Source: Squalus acanthias (Eukaryota). Taken from it: a stretch of DNA of 64,000 bases. Shown in pieces: positions 1 through 13,039 of this stretch. The DNA is taken from NCBI GenBank assembly GCA_030390025.1, contig CM059433.1:26662001-26726000 (forward strand), in the 5' to 3' direction. Position 1 is the first letter of the stretch. Each line of letters opens with the position of its first letter. The translations under genes were made by a program, and so were the position numbers. The notes under the pieces are model-generated. The model saw only the letters and a program-made list of their open reading frames with translations, had not been told where the DNA came from and did no database searches.

Positions 1-185
1 CGCCTCTCTACCTCTCTCTCCTCCTTTAAGACGCTCCTTAAAACCTACCTCTTTGACCAAGGTTTCAGTCATCTCTCCTAATATCTCATAAGGCTTGGTG
101 GCAGAAATGTGTTTGATAATCGCTGCCTTGGGACGTTTTACTATGTTAAAGGCACTATATAAATGCATGTTGGTGCTGTTGTTGC
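1..185 (+). mobile_element. L2-type LINE 3' end (truncated by the window edge)
   Basis: Same family as 57898-58208. CTTAAAACCTACCTCTTTGACC...AAAGGCACTATATAAAT then (TGT)-rich tail. Confidence 0.72.
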
Positions 186-693
186 TCCGTCTACTCCTGG
201 CTCCACTAAGGAAACATTTTTCACTTACCTTCAGTGGCCTCACTGGCTTCCTGACTTTACTTGGCAGAGCGGCCAAAGTGGGAGTGGGTTAAAATGCCAT
301 GTAAAATTACATACATGGGACCCGGATTTTCATTTATTAATGAGGCTCTCGCTCGATGCTGGCATGAGTCTCATCTTCTGCCATTAAAATAGGGACGTCA
401 GAGGCAACGGATCTGGAAATGGAGCCACTCTTTTTAACTGTTGCCCTGCTCCATTCTCACCAATTGGAAAGAGTTAAAATCCCCCCTATAGTGTGTACTG
501 TACAGTGTTGTAAGTCTCTAGAAATTGTTTTCCTGCAGTAGATTGGAGCTCAATTTGGAGTACTTGGCTGCTTTGTTTGAGTTATTAGGTGACCAATGCT
601 GACCATTTATTCCGCAAATGCTTTGGTTTCTTTTGATTGGCTGCTGTAGATGTCAATTCCAACAAGTTCCTCTCCTGTTCATTTTGACTCCAA

Positions 694-800
694 GGGTGAA
701 ATTCAACTTCGGCAATAGCGCAAATCGGGCGGGGTGCAAAACAGGCTGCTGACTTACTGTCGCCCATTTTGCACTATCACCTGAGTTGAATTTCACCCCC
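694..800. mobile_element. About 107-bp hairpin MITE
   Basis: 15-bp TIR GGGTGAAATTCAACT / AGTTGAATTTCACCC, flanked by CAA. Confidence 0.75.
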
Positions 801-1796
801 CAAGAGTGTAGTTCATTGAATCATAGAATCATAGAAATTTACAGCACAGAAGGAGGCCATTCGTGCCTGTGCTGGCTCTTTGAAAGAGCAGTTGTGCCCA
901 TAAACCTGTAAATACTTCATCCTCAAGTACCTGTCCAACTCCCTTTTAAAATTATTCATGGAATCAGCTTCCACCACCTTTTCAGGTAGAGCGTTCCAGA
1001 TCCTGACAACTCTCTGAGTGAAAAGATTTCTCCTCATCTCCACTCTAGATCTTTTGTCAATGATTTTGAATCTATGACCTCTGGTTATTGACTCACTTGC
1101 CAGGGGGAATAGTTTTTCTCTATCTACTCTATCAAAACCTCTCATCATCTTGAAAACCTCTATGAGGTCACCTCTTAACCTTCACTGTTCTAAGGCGAAC
1201 AGTCCTAACTTTTCCAACCTCTCCTCATAGCTGAAGACTTTCATCCTTGGTGACATCTTGGTAAACCTCCTCTGTAGCCTTTCTAAGAATTTAGGGGGGG
1301 AAAATTCATCCCCTTAGCGCCTCCCGGTAGCACCAGTAGATGGCGCTAATGGGGCGCTAGACCAGTATCGCCGGGGCGAGGCGAATCCAGCGCCGCACAC
1401 CAAATCCAGCCTCCCCCATAGCGTCGCCGGTAAGAGGTAGCGCCAGGAACGTCAACGCCAGGTAGATCGTGACGTCAGTGAGTGTGCAATGCTCACTGAC
1501 CGCCCGATTTGCAAAATTGATTCTCGCGACTTACCTCACCGCCTGGAGTAAACACCGACAGGGAGAGCTGGTGTGCAGCACCAGGAAGCCAGCTCCAGGA
1601 ATGTTATTTAAAGGGATCATGAGTAATCACTCGTAGCTGTCAGGTTAGTGCAGTTTCAGTGGTTTTTTGTTAGTTTCACCCACTGCAAGTTTCATTCAGT
1701 AATTTCAAGGTTCTTTTGTATCCGGAGTCTTCTGGCAACTAAAACATAGCTACATTTATTCTTCAAAGATTCAAACTGCTACACTTGGTAACATTA

Positions 1797-2921
1797 GTGG
1801 GGGCTGTACTGGCGCCACCTCGCCCTCCAGGATCGACAGCGGAAGGAGCATAGGCAGCGAGAAATACGGGAACATGTGTGCAGAGGGAGGAGGAGAACCA
1901 TCAGGGCTCTCAACAGGAGGCCTGACCATTCGAGGGTATTCCGAGAGCACTTCTCCTACCTTCAATTAAGCCAGGGAGCAGTGTATTAGAAGGCTTCACT
2001 TCACCAAGGAGGTGGTCACGGAACTCTGCCACCTCCTGCAACCAGACCTTCAGCCTCAGACCAGAGTGACCACGGTGCTCCCAGTGGCAGTCAAGGTCAC
2101 TGTGACCCTCAATTTATTCACCAGCGGATCCTACAAGTCTGCAACAGGAGACATAGCTAACATCTCACCATTCATTGCTGCATCCGGGATGTCACTGAGG
2201 CTCTCTACAGCAGGAGAAGGAACTACATTGGCTTCCCGATCACCAGAGAGAAGCAGGATGAGCGTGCATGTGGCTTTGCCAGGATAGCGGGCCTCCCCAT
2301 GGTGCAGGGTGCCATCGACTGCACCCATGTGGCTTTGTGGGCACCGCATAACAATCCTGAGATCTTCCGTAACCGCAAAGGCTACCACTCATTTAATGTG
2401 CAGTTGTTGTGCAATCACATACAGCGAATCCTTAATGTCAATGCCCGCTATCCTGGCAGCAGCCACAATGCCTTCATCCTGCACCAGACTGGTGTGCCAG
2501 CACTCTTCCAGCCACCACGTCAAGCTCGAGGGCGGCTGCTCGGAGACAAGGGCTATCCACTCTCCACCTGGCTCATGACTCCCCTCCGCAACTCCAACAC
2601 TCGTGCCCAGCATTCATATAATGAGAGCCATGCTGCCACCAGGAACATCATTGAGCAGACCATCGGCTTATTGAAGCAACGGTTCCACTGCCTTGACCGC
2701 TCGGGAGGAGCCCTCCAGAGTGGGTATCCCATTTCATGGTGGTCTGCTGCATGCTCCACAATTTGGCCATCATGAGGGCGCAGCCCTTGCCACCAGGGAT
2801 TGCGGGACCACCTCAGGAGGAGGACGAGGACGAGGAGGAGGAGGAACAGGAGGGAGGGAGGGGGCAGCGAGACAATCGGCCTTCAGGACGGGCTGTCCGT
2901 GACCGGTTCATCAGACTGTGA
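1797..2921 (+). pseudogene. Frameshifted Harbinger transposase
   Basis: Pieces in different frames: VTELCHLLQPDLQPQ...VAVKVTVTLNLF; MVQGAIDCTHV...LLGDKGY...RNIIEQTIGLLKQRF; VVCCMLHNLAI. Colinear with 21042-22202. Confidence 0.92.
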
Positions 2922-3284
2922 TTCAAAAGAATGAAACCCCAGATCCCCGTAGCTCACCACATCCCCATCATACAATCCCTGTCTCACGGAATATCACAGC
3001 ATCCTCCTGGGCACAAAGGTGAAATGAGAGAGACCACAAAATATTCCAAACACACTTAATAAATGTATCTATAAACATATCACACATATCACATGAATTC
3101 TAATAACTAATGGCCCTTGCACCTGCCGTAGTTGAATAGCTGTCATTGTGTGCAAGGTCTGAGATGTGGGTGTGGGTGTTGCTAGGTAGAGATTGTTGGT
3201 GAGTGAGTGCTGGAGGTGTAGTGCTTTGGGCAGTGTGTGAAGAGTGTGAGTCAGATGGTGGTATGTAGCATTTGTTGAAGCATT

Positions 3285-3545
3285 CAGTCACTCTGACCAC
3301 CCGTGGGAGGTCGTTAAATTTCTTCCTGCACTGTGTGTGGGTCCTGGGGACCACAGTGCTGCCCGAGATGTGCTGCGCTACCTCCCTCCACATGGTGTGG
3401 AAGACTTGTGGTGAGGGCCTCCTGCCACTTGCCGAGTTGAGCACCACCCTCCGTCTCTCCACAGTGAAAACCAATGCCTCCAATGCTTCATCGGAGAGTC
3501 TGTGGCCTTTCTCCCTGTGGTGTGGACCTGCCGTGAGCACACCTG
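3285..3545 (-). pseudogene. Myb/SANT exon-1 remnant of the decayed Harbinger
   Basis: REKGHRLSDEALEALVFTVERRR...MWREVAQHISGSTVVPRTHTQCRKKFNDL, homologous to 18730-18966. Downstream exons are missing. Confidence 0.85.
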
Positions 3546-5179
3546 GTTCAGTCCTCTGGCTCCTTCTCTTTGTTCTGCTTCTGCTTGCTGAGGCAGCTGC
3601 ACAGCCAGCAGTGCTGAGAATGAGGTGCTGCAGCATCAATGAACCTCCCCTTTAAGTAGTGAAAAAAGCTTGTGGCAATGATGAGTTGTGATTAGACTGC
3701 ACCCGATATTGGTCCACCTTTTAAGTCTAATGCCAATGAGCTTGGGTTTTAAGATTTGATTTAGGACTCCAATCATTTTATTGAGCAGTGAGCACGAATT
3801 TTTCTTGCCGTCTAAAGCATTTGCGGCTGGCGCTAATTCTCCAACTTTTCTACTGACAACGCCCATTCCTTGGCTATACGAATTTCTAGCCTGGAATTGT
3901 CCACAATACTCCAGCTAAGGCCTAATCAGTGATTTATAAAGTTCTAGCATGATTTCTTTGCTTTTATATTCTATGCTTCTATTTATAAACCCAAGTAACC
4001 CATATGCTTTTTTAACCGCCTTATCAACTTGCCGTGCCACCTTTAAGGATTTGTTTATATGGACATAAAGGTCTGTCTGCTCATCTATACTTTTCAAAAT
4101 CGTGCCATTTGTAGTTTACTGTCTTTCCATATTAGTCCTCCCAATCCCAAAGTGCATCACTTCACACTTCTCTGCATTGAACTCCATCTGCCATGCTTCT
4201 GCCCATTTCACTATCCTGTCTCTGTCATCCTGAAATCAACAACTATCCTTATCACTATCTACATCTTTGCCAAGATTCGTATCATCTGCAAACTCTATAG
4301 TGCGGTTCTCTACAACCCGAGTCTAGGCCGTTTATAAAAACTGAAAAGAGCAATGGACCTAAGACTGACTCTTGGGGAACACCACTGCAAACCACCTCCC
4401 AGTCTGAAGAACATCCATCCACCACCATCCTCTGCTTCCCATCACTGAGCCAATTCTATATCCATGCCACCACTTTCCCCTTAATTCCATGGACTTCCAA
4501 CTTCGTAACAAGACTCCTGTGTGGCTCTTTATAAAATGCCTTCCAAAAGTCCATATATACAACATCCACTGCACGACCTTGATCAACCTTCTATGTTACC
4601 TCATCAAGGAATTCAATCAAGTTAGTCAGACACGATTTTCCTTTAACAAATCCATGCTGGCTCTATTGATTAACCCATGCCTTTCCAATGAAAGTTTATT
4701 TTGTCCCTGATAATGGTTTCCAATAACTTCCCCACCACCGATGTTACGCTGACTGGCCTATAGTTTCCTGGTTTATCCCTCTCCCCTTTCTTGAATAGTG
4801 GCATAACATTAGCAATCCTCCAGTCCGCCAGTTGAGAATCTTCTGAGTGAAATGAATATTCACAGAGCAGGTTGAATGTTAAAGAGTAACATTCACTTTC
4901 TCTTTGTAAACCATTGCAGTACAGTGATGGAAATATCAAAAAGCCCTTCTGAGATACTTGTATTTTTGTATACCTTACAGACCTCAAACCTATGTGAATT
5001 CTGAACTTACCTGAGGTAAATTCTAGAAATGTTTTATGATTAACAACATTGTTCGCCAGGACTTGCTGTTTGAAAGCTCCATCTCTCACCCCACTTTCCA
5101 AGTGATAGAAAACTATTGACAGAACAAATGCGGGAAACCATATTTTGCTTTGAAAGTAAAATTAAATAATACTATATTC

Positions 5180-5830
5180 ACTGCTCACGATGCGGTCTCC
5201 TTTCCATTGCGGAGATCAAATGCAGACTGGGTGATCGCTTTGAGGAACACCTCCATTCAGTCCGCAAGCGTGAACCTGAACTTCCGGTCGCTTGCCATTT
5301 TAATTCTGCGCCCCACTCCCACTCTGACCTCTCTGTCCTCGGCATCCTACACAGTTCCAATGAAGCTCAACGTAAGCTCGAGGAACAGCACCTCATCTTT
5401 CGATTAGGCACTTGACAGCCTTCTAAACTCAACACTGAATTCAACAATTTCAGATTATAACCACAGATCCCATTTTTTCAGAGAGCAGTAACTGGTAATG
5501 ATTTTGCTGTTTCCATTTACAGCTCCTCTCAACCCATCTTTTGTTTCTATACTTGTTCCATTACCATTCCCTTTTGCCTTGGTTATCATCCCTTTTGTCA
5601 TTTAACTTTCTCCCGCCTTCCACCCTATCACAGACCTTCTCTTTAGTTCTTTCTTCCTCTCCCCCCTTTTCCTGCCTCTGTACTTGCTTAAAACCTGTTA
5701 CATCTGTAACATTTTCCAATTCTGATGAAAGGTCACAGCCCTGAAACCATGCTGCCTGACCTGCTGAGTATTTCCAGCATTTTCTGTTTATATTTCAGAT
5801 TTCCAGCATCCGCAGTATTTTGCTTTTTGC
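5180..5830 (+). mobile_element. Decayed Penelope-like element 3' part (second family)
   Basis: Degenerate GIY-YIG region (GE.K.RLGDRFEEHL..VR...PELPVACHFN...RKLEEQHLIFRLG). Tail has CTGATGAAAGGTCACAGCCCTGAAAC and GCTGCCTGACCTGCTGAG. Confidence 0.75.
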
Positions 5831-8191
5831 AAAATTAAATTGATTTCCTTTACATGAAAAATGAAAGTAGAGCAAAGCATGAACTGTTGAACTTGTGAGA
5901 TAATACACATAACTGGAGATTGTTTATTTATGCAATTTGTGTTTATTGAAGCAGTTGTGTGCTTATTACTATTCCTCCCCCCACCCCCCACCCCCTGCAA
6001 TCTCTTCAAGGTAAAATATGAACTCTTCAATGTTTACTAATTTTTCTGATAAAATAGTTAGTCTATTCAAGGGTTGTTAGAATGATATCAAATTTAGAGG
6101 TTCATTCTTTATATTTGATTATAGCACCTGGCTTTTTTTACTTATACTGAAAATTTAGCAACAACAGTTCATATGAACAGATTTGTTTATCAAGGCCAAT
6201 TTTCTTCTATGACCACACCTCCCCAGAAAAAAATCAGGGTTAAACATGAATAAAATTCTTCAGGCTTTTCCACAAAAGCTTTCTTTTTATCCCCCCAATT
6301 TTCTCTCTTAATGGTGTTGACATCTTGTTGGAGTATGGTTCTATGTGCGCCCTTTGAACGGTAGTGTCTTGCCCAATTGTTCATGTGTTGGTAGACTATT
6401 CAACTATGGAGGACATCACAGCTGAACCTGATGCTCTCTGCAACCAACATTGACCCATGCGCACTTCCAACAGCGGCTGCTAAATAGTGATCAGGAGTGT
6501 GAACTGGGTGATTTCTCCCTAACCCATGGCTGCTGTGACCAATTTCAGTGCCCTCACATCCTTGGCTGAGTCCTGCTACCTCAGCACAGCTCAGACCAGA
6601 GATTGAATCCTAAGCCACAAGGGGAGCTCGCAAAACCTTTCTAATAGTATTGAATTGAATTCTTATTTGTATGTTTGACTGAAATGCCTCTGGTTGCTTG
6701 AGATGTTGAGTGATGGTTGCCAGTTTTATGCAGGTGAATTGCTTTCACTGCACAATTTGAGAGAAAAACTGGCAATTTCATCACACCACTGAAGTCTCAC
6801 CCTGGCCTTGGAATATAGGATACGTGTTTGACTCGTTCTTTTAAATGTGGTTTTAATTATCACAATTAAAAATGACATTTTTGTCATACTGTTTCAATTG
6901 AGTTTTAAGTACAGTATTTAAGGCATTCAAAATCAGTTTTACACTATGTCAAACATAATCACACTCATTATCTAGAAACAGATGTCATTACCATTTAGGG
7001 AAGTAGAAAGGAAAACAAAATGGAACATTGACTATCGCATGTGCTGTACGGAGAATTAAGCTCAGCACTGAATCTCCTTGGCAACTTTCAAAACTTCAAT
7101 GTTACATCTGCCTAAATAGGTTATGAACCCTGAATTACATAAACAGCAACATGTAGGGGGTTTTCCTTTCATTTTTCCCCGTGTTTTTAGAACTACAACA
7201 AACACACTTTTGTTTTTAGCACGGAAAGAATTCAGAATTAGTGAACAGATCTCAATATTGTATTAATTATATTTGACACAATTATTTTTGTCTCTAAAAG
7301 CTAATACTTGTGTGCTAAATGTGACTAAATTATTTTTAAAGCAATATCAGAGGACAGACAAGGGTTTGGTTCTCAATGCCAGCAGGATTCAATTCATCAT
7401 TCTAAACAGAGTGATCTGATAACCAGCTGTGCCCTAAGGGCTTGGTAGCATAAAATACCAGCAAACCAGACCACAAACATATACTCACACAGGCAGGAAG
7501 TAAGAAGTCGTTCTTGTTGTCATCTAGCTCTTTAATTATGTTTTTCAAACCCTCTGGTAAAATACTACTGATTAAAACCCATTTTTTTGAACATAAATGA
7601 GTGACAGCATGGCCACATCATGGCTTTAATATAATAGACAGGAATTGGAGTATCCACAGTGAACACTGAGAAATTAAGGATGACAGAACCATCACAGGAA
7701 AAAGGCTCTGGAAGATCAAAGCTTTCCACATGAATTCTGCATCGCACTAGACATAACATCCTGTAATAAGTAATAGGGAACTGGTTTAATTGGAGTTGAA
7801 ATAGGTCACAAGTTACAGTAAGGAGGCCTAGGCAGCTTTAAGGATGATAGATGAACATTTCCTAATCAAAGTCTTCCTTTAAATTTCCATGAAAAAGCAA
7901 CTATGATTATGAAATGATCGAACCAAGTAGAAAAGTAAGAGACAAATGTATGTAGAAATATAGGGTACTTTCGTGTCACCATCCCAGTTTACTTTAATCA
8001 GGACATTTAGAAAGACCGCGTGAAGACTTTTTAAAAGGGTAAAGGAACAGCCAAGGGAGAAATTTTCTGTGCGTGATATATGTAGCAAAATTGTAAAAAC
8101 ATTTATAAGGAACATGCTGCCAATTCCGCTACATGTAGCACTCAGAGGAAATTTCCCCCTTAATTTAAGGTGCAAGGTTAGGTTTTCATAC

Positions 8192-8389
8192 CTCCAGGGC
8201 TGGATAATCTTGAGGAATCTTGAGAGCTACTGGATTTGTTTCGGTTTTGGTTTTTCCGTTTACTATTGGCAGCCCTCACAGAACGAAGCAGCACTTCACT
8301 GGCTTTGAAAAAGGCCACCATAAATGGTTGCTTTGATTGTGGTCCGTGTCTTCCTATTAGGCCAGCTGATCTAATATTAATGGTGCGAC
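8192..8389 (-). CDS. BMP5: BMP5 internal coding exon (exon 4 equivalent, 198 bp) with RSVR proprotein-convertase site
   Basis: (G)[65 protein letters not shown]. Acceptor ttttag|GT, donor G|gtatga. The phase 1 join gives [23 protein letters not shown] resembles BMP5 rather than BMP6/7. Confidence 0.93.
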
Positions 8390-11300
8390 CTAAAATAAAT
8401 TCAAAGTTAATATTTGAATATTGACAAATCTTCACATAAACTTTACTACAATCATTTCTACAGGGTCTTTTCGACATGGAAATTGGTAAATAAGACCATG
8501 CACTCCAAAAAAGATTCTTCAGGTTCAAAAAAACAAAACCCACAGCTCTATTTTTCCACTTACCCTGTCATTATACTGCCATTTTCACATTAATGTAAAA
8601 CAGGTTTGGATGTGTGCGGGTGCAAAATCAGTAGCATAACATAAGAGTCAGCGATCTGACTCCCAACCACATTAAAGCAAAGAGGTGCGAGACCACCTCC
8701 AGGAAGTATTCTCACACTGGCTTGGGCATCTCACCAGATGCGGTCGTTACAGTCCAGTGTTAAAAGCAAGTTTAAAAACTTCTTGACGTTGGATGTTTTT
8801 GATGTTAGCAGAGAGCTATCATCCAAGTCGCTTTCTCCTAATCAAATCTCAGCGGCCAACAAGCTAAGCTCTGTGTTCCCAGGTTTCCATCCCATGCACA
8901 GAGCACCGTTGTCAGTGAGCAGAGTACAACCTGCTCCTGGCGTCTGGCAGCTGCACAGGACACTTTGCAGATACAGGTCTCCGAGCGCTGCCACTAGTCA
9001 GGTACAAATCACCCAGCACACAGAATGCAAATACAACCAGTTAGAATACGCTGAAGATGAAACTGCTAAAAGATATATAAAATTTACCCCGAGGTTCACT
9101 GGTTTGGATTTCTTCACCATTAAGTTTGCCGTAAGCAACGAGGGGACTGCAAGTTTGCCCATTTTAGTTTTTCTCCGGGTAGCTGTGATTTACTAATATT
9201 ATTTTACTGACAAGTGTACCAATTCTATCTATAGATATTTATTTTGGCAAAGTAAACAGTTTATTTTGTAAAATGCAAGGCGCTCTCAGTGAAAAATGAG
9301 GACCTGTCATATGAAGCTGTACAGCTGCTCAGACCAACTGCTTTTCATGCTAGAATCAGGACGCTGTATCTTTGAACTTGCGGCTATTGAAATAAGCTTC
9401 CGAACTTTCCCCACCCTTTTTTTCCGTCTTTTTCTTGTTGGCATTGCATGATCAAACAGTTTACTTTATGACACAAACAATTTCCTGCAACGCAATTTGC
9501 CCAAAACAGTTTTGCAATATGGAATGTTTCTGAGCAAGGGGTAGTAAAAGCAGCTGTCTCCCAAATGTGCAATCAGATTAATTTTTTTTTCTGACTAATG
9601 AAAGAACTTGGATCTATTCATGTGAGTAAACCTTAAACAAATAATCTGTTAAGGTACTTTTAAAGGGAAAGCCTAAGGTGGCAGAGAGCCAAAGTCTGTA
9701 TTTTGCAAGAAAACGTTCTGTCCTGGCACATATGAATGGAGCAGTTTGATTTGTGGTTTCAGCCGTTTCCATTCTATTTCCACTGTAACAAACGTATTAA
9801 TTCAGATCTAACTTCCTCCCTCTGGCAGCCTGTTTGCTGTAAAAGAGAAATGACAAACTCCAGCCAAATACCATACCTTGAAATGGCCCACTTCAATACA
9901 TAAACACTGCTACAACATGTTTATTCAGGTGTTTTACTTTAAATTAGTTTAAGATGCTTCCAATGAAAAGAAGCACAGCCCAGGCAGAAAGAACTGAACA
10001 CTTTAATGAATATATGCAGCTGTATCATTCTAGTCCACACCAAACTACTGTGAAAAAAAACCTTTCAGATTACATAACAAAATGTCTTTGCAAGTTACAG
10101 TAGACACTTTGTAATTAGATGTTTTAGCCAGTTTGAAGTATGGACTCTGAAAAACTAAATTAGATTACTTTCATTTAATTCTACTTGATCCAAGATCAAC
10201 AGATGACCGAATACACAGTTAAAAGAAAAATTAAAGACCATGTTTTTTTGTCTGTTAAAAAAGGTCTTTTTGTTGGGCTCAATCACAGCTTAATCTTTCG
10301 TGGAACATGAATCCATAACCATTCATGAAAATGGTTTAATATTGCTGGCATTTTAGATCTTGGCTCACAGGAACAATTCCAAAAAATACCGAATTTTTTT
10401 TTAAGGATTTTTTTTTTCTTGCCTATTTTCTCCCCTCCCCTCCTGAGAGCATCCTTGTTGGGGAACAGTTCCATGGACACTGACCACCCTTCTGCTTCTT
10501 GGCCTAGTCGCCATCACTATGACTCTGAACAGTGAGCGTTGACAGGTAATTTGAACCGCAGGGCACCACCAACCGACCACGATCATGACTTCAACCGACG
10601 TCCACACATCTTCTATGCGAGGAATCGTTGGACAGCAATCAAGAGAAAGAGCCCAGGCTGGTTTTATATTGCCCAATCCAGGAGGACTACAGCCAGCAAT
10701 AGTGCTGCTACCTCTGCCCTGGCTGAGACTAGGTGATCAAACTCCAGCGAGGGGGTGTATCTGAAATCCTCCTGGTCTGTTACTGATCTGACACGGATGC
10801 TGTTACTGGCACAAGGTGGTTAGATTGGGATCAGAAGGCAGCTGTCAGTTTTCTCTCTCCCAGGGTGAGTTGTTCCATCCACCAAGCAGTGTTGGCAACC
10901 TCACAGTGGAGCTGTGGTTATTGAGGTCAAGGGTCAACCTCTGCTGTGATTTGAACCCTGGACTAAAGGTTAAAAGGTCAACCTGCCACATGTATTGGGT
11001 CTGTGTTGCCAATCTTTAAATATTTAATTTTTGTAATAATGAAGTGACACATTCAGCTCAAAGTCAATAGTGTAAAATCCAACTTTTAAAAATGACTTAA
11101 AGCGCTCTGGGACTCTGCCATTTTTTTTAACCTTGATGCTTCAATCATTAAAGTAGCCTTATAGCCAAAGATTAAAAACAGCAATTTATATTTTGAAATA
11201 TTAGCAAGAATATCTACATTCATTTTCATAGCCAATGTGTAGCCTTTTTAAAATGTCTGTATATTGACAGAAATATTTCCGTTGTTCCCTATTTGTAGTA

Positions 11301-11418
11301 GAATTGTGGGAGATTGTGTACGACTGGGGGGGGGTTTAACGGGTGGGTTTGGGTCGGGTGGGATGTTAAAATATAAAAAATTTCAAACCCGAACCTGTCC
11401 ACTTCCAATTTTAAGGGA

Positions 11419-12285
11419 CAAAAATGAGAAGTCGCACAACACCAGGTTATAGTCCAACAGATTTATTTAATTTTACAAGCTTTCGGAACAGTTCGCTCCT
11501 TCGTCAGGTAAGTTAGCAGTGAGAGAATCTCCCAGAATTCACAATTTAAACACAGACAAAATATATTCAAATCTTTCCTACATCAAAGAGCACAGCCAAG
11601 ACAATGAGATGTGCCCCAGGGGGTCCAACGTGTCAAACCACCGTTGCAGTAAAGGATGCTCCAGAGCATGGTACATCGGCGAGACCATGCAGACACTGAG
11701 ACAACGTATGAACGGACACCGCGCAACAATCGCCAGGCAGGAGGGTTGCCTCCCAGTCGGGGAACACTTCAGCAGCCAGGGGCATTCAGCCTCGGATATG
11801 CGGGTAAGCGTTCTCCAAGGCGGCCTTCGAGATACACGACAGCGCAAAATCATAGAGCAGAAACTGATAGCCAAGTTCCGCACTCATGAGGATGGCCTCA
11901 ATCGCGATATCGGGTTCATGTCACGATACAGAACGTGACTTGACATCATGGCCGGTCTTCCCAGGTGTTTTTTTTTAAAAGACTAACACAAGAACCTACA
12001 CAGATTGACAGGATATGCAGCCAGCAGGTGGTTTGACACGTTGGACCCCCTGGGACACATCTCATTGTCTTGGCTGTGCTCTTTGATGTAGGAAAATTTG
12101 AATATATTTTGTCTGTGTTTAAATTGTGAATTCTGGGAGATTCTCTCACTGCTAACTTACCTGACGAAGGAGCGAACTGTTCCGAAAGCTTGTAAAATTA
12201 AATAAATCTGTTGGACTATAACCTGGTGTTGTGCGACTTCTCATTTTTGTCCACCCCAGTCCAACGCCGGCATATCCACATCATG
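11419..12285 (+). mobile_element. Penelope-like retroelement, 5'-truncated, with inverted pseudo-LTR
   Basis: GIY-YIG endonuclease C-terminal ORF at about 11640-11938 (WYIGET..LRQRMNGH...VGEHF...IEQKLI..F.TH..GLN). 11416-11642 is a near-perfect inverted copy of 12027-12252. Flanked by AATTTTAAGGGA at 11407-11418 and 12286-12297. Confidence 0.92.
12157..12195 (+). ncRNA. Minimal type I hammerhead ribozyme motif in the Penelope pLTR (inverted copy at about 11473-11511)
   Basis: TTAC-CTGACGA-A-GGAGCG-AAC-TGTTCC-GAAA-GCTT-GTAA. Contains both core boxes, stem II, a palindromic AAGCTT helix III and stem I TTAC/GTAA. Confidence 0.75.
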
Positions 12286-13039
12286 AATTTTAAGGGAGGC
12301 AGGGCGGGGGCGGGGGCGGCGGCAGGCGACCAATTCGCTTGCAGGAGGTGGGCCCCTCATTTAAAGATTTTAATGAGGCTGCGCTCCTCACATTTTAGAC
12401 GGAATTTTAACCCAAAAAATGGGTAGGTTGGGGTCGGGTGGGAGGTTAAAGAGTTAAAAATCTGAATCCCGACCCCAACATGCCTCCAACCCACCCACTT
12501 CCGGTTTTAACAGGGGCGGGCAGCCAACCCACTCGCAGGAGGCGGGTTGGCACTTTAAATATTATACTGAGGCTGCGTGCCTCATGGTGATCCACCATTT
12601 TAAATTTAACTGCGGGCGGCCGGGTTTCCCAGGCCTCAGGAAACCCAGCCGCTAAAGGGAGTGAGGACTGCTGCATGGAAGAGGTAAGTGCCTTTCCAGC
12701 ACCGCTTGTGGGACAGGAAGAGCAGGAGTGCTTCCCCACAGCCCACCAAGGTAACATGCTTCCTCCCCTCGATCGGCCTTTCCCCCTCACCCCGCAATCA
12801 GAATGCCCCCACGATCAGACACCCCGAGATCCGGTCTCTGCCCCCCACCCCCGCCCCTCCCCGAGCCACAATGACCTCCCGACCTGGTCATTCTGATCAC
12901 ACTGCCCCCCCCCCGGTCTCTCCGATCCCTCCCTCCTCTCTGCTCCCCTGCTGAAACCTCCAATCTCTCCCTGACCCTGATAATGTCTGCCCCCTGCCTG
13001 CAATATCACCCCCCAACCCTTCTGATCTCCCCCCGAGCA

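Larger units (their letters stand above)
1294..3891. mobile_element. Decayed Harbinger element, internally deleted, inserted in a CR1 LINE
   Basis: Ends GGGGGGGAAAATTC / GAATTTCTAGCC. TAGCGC-type subterminal repeats. Contains a frameshifted transposase (+) and Myb exon 1 (-). No clean TSD. Confidence 0.88.
817..4830 (-). mobile_element. CR1 LINE 3' part (RT plus tail), interrupted by Harbinger 1294-3891
   Basis: DWRIANVMPLFKKG..DKPGNYRPVS, GFINRSIEYKS, FDRVDREKLFP...NLFTQRVVRIWNALP. (ATTCTATG)-type tail at about 817-837. Confidence 0.9.

Noticed and set aside
1..8191. BMP5 mature-domain exons (CKKHELYVSF...)
   Set aside because: Not found by eye; presumed to lie left of the window.
8738..9196. 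152-aa plus-strand ORF
   Set aside because: No recognisable motif or splice support; antisense within an intron.
10490..11000. Possible ancient SINE fragments (weakly similar to 6370-6630; B-box-like GGGTTCAAATC on the minus strand)
   Set aside because: Too degraded to assign a family or boundaries without a database.
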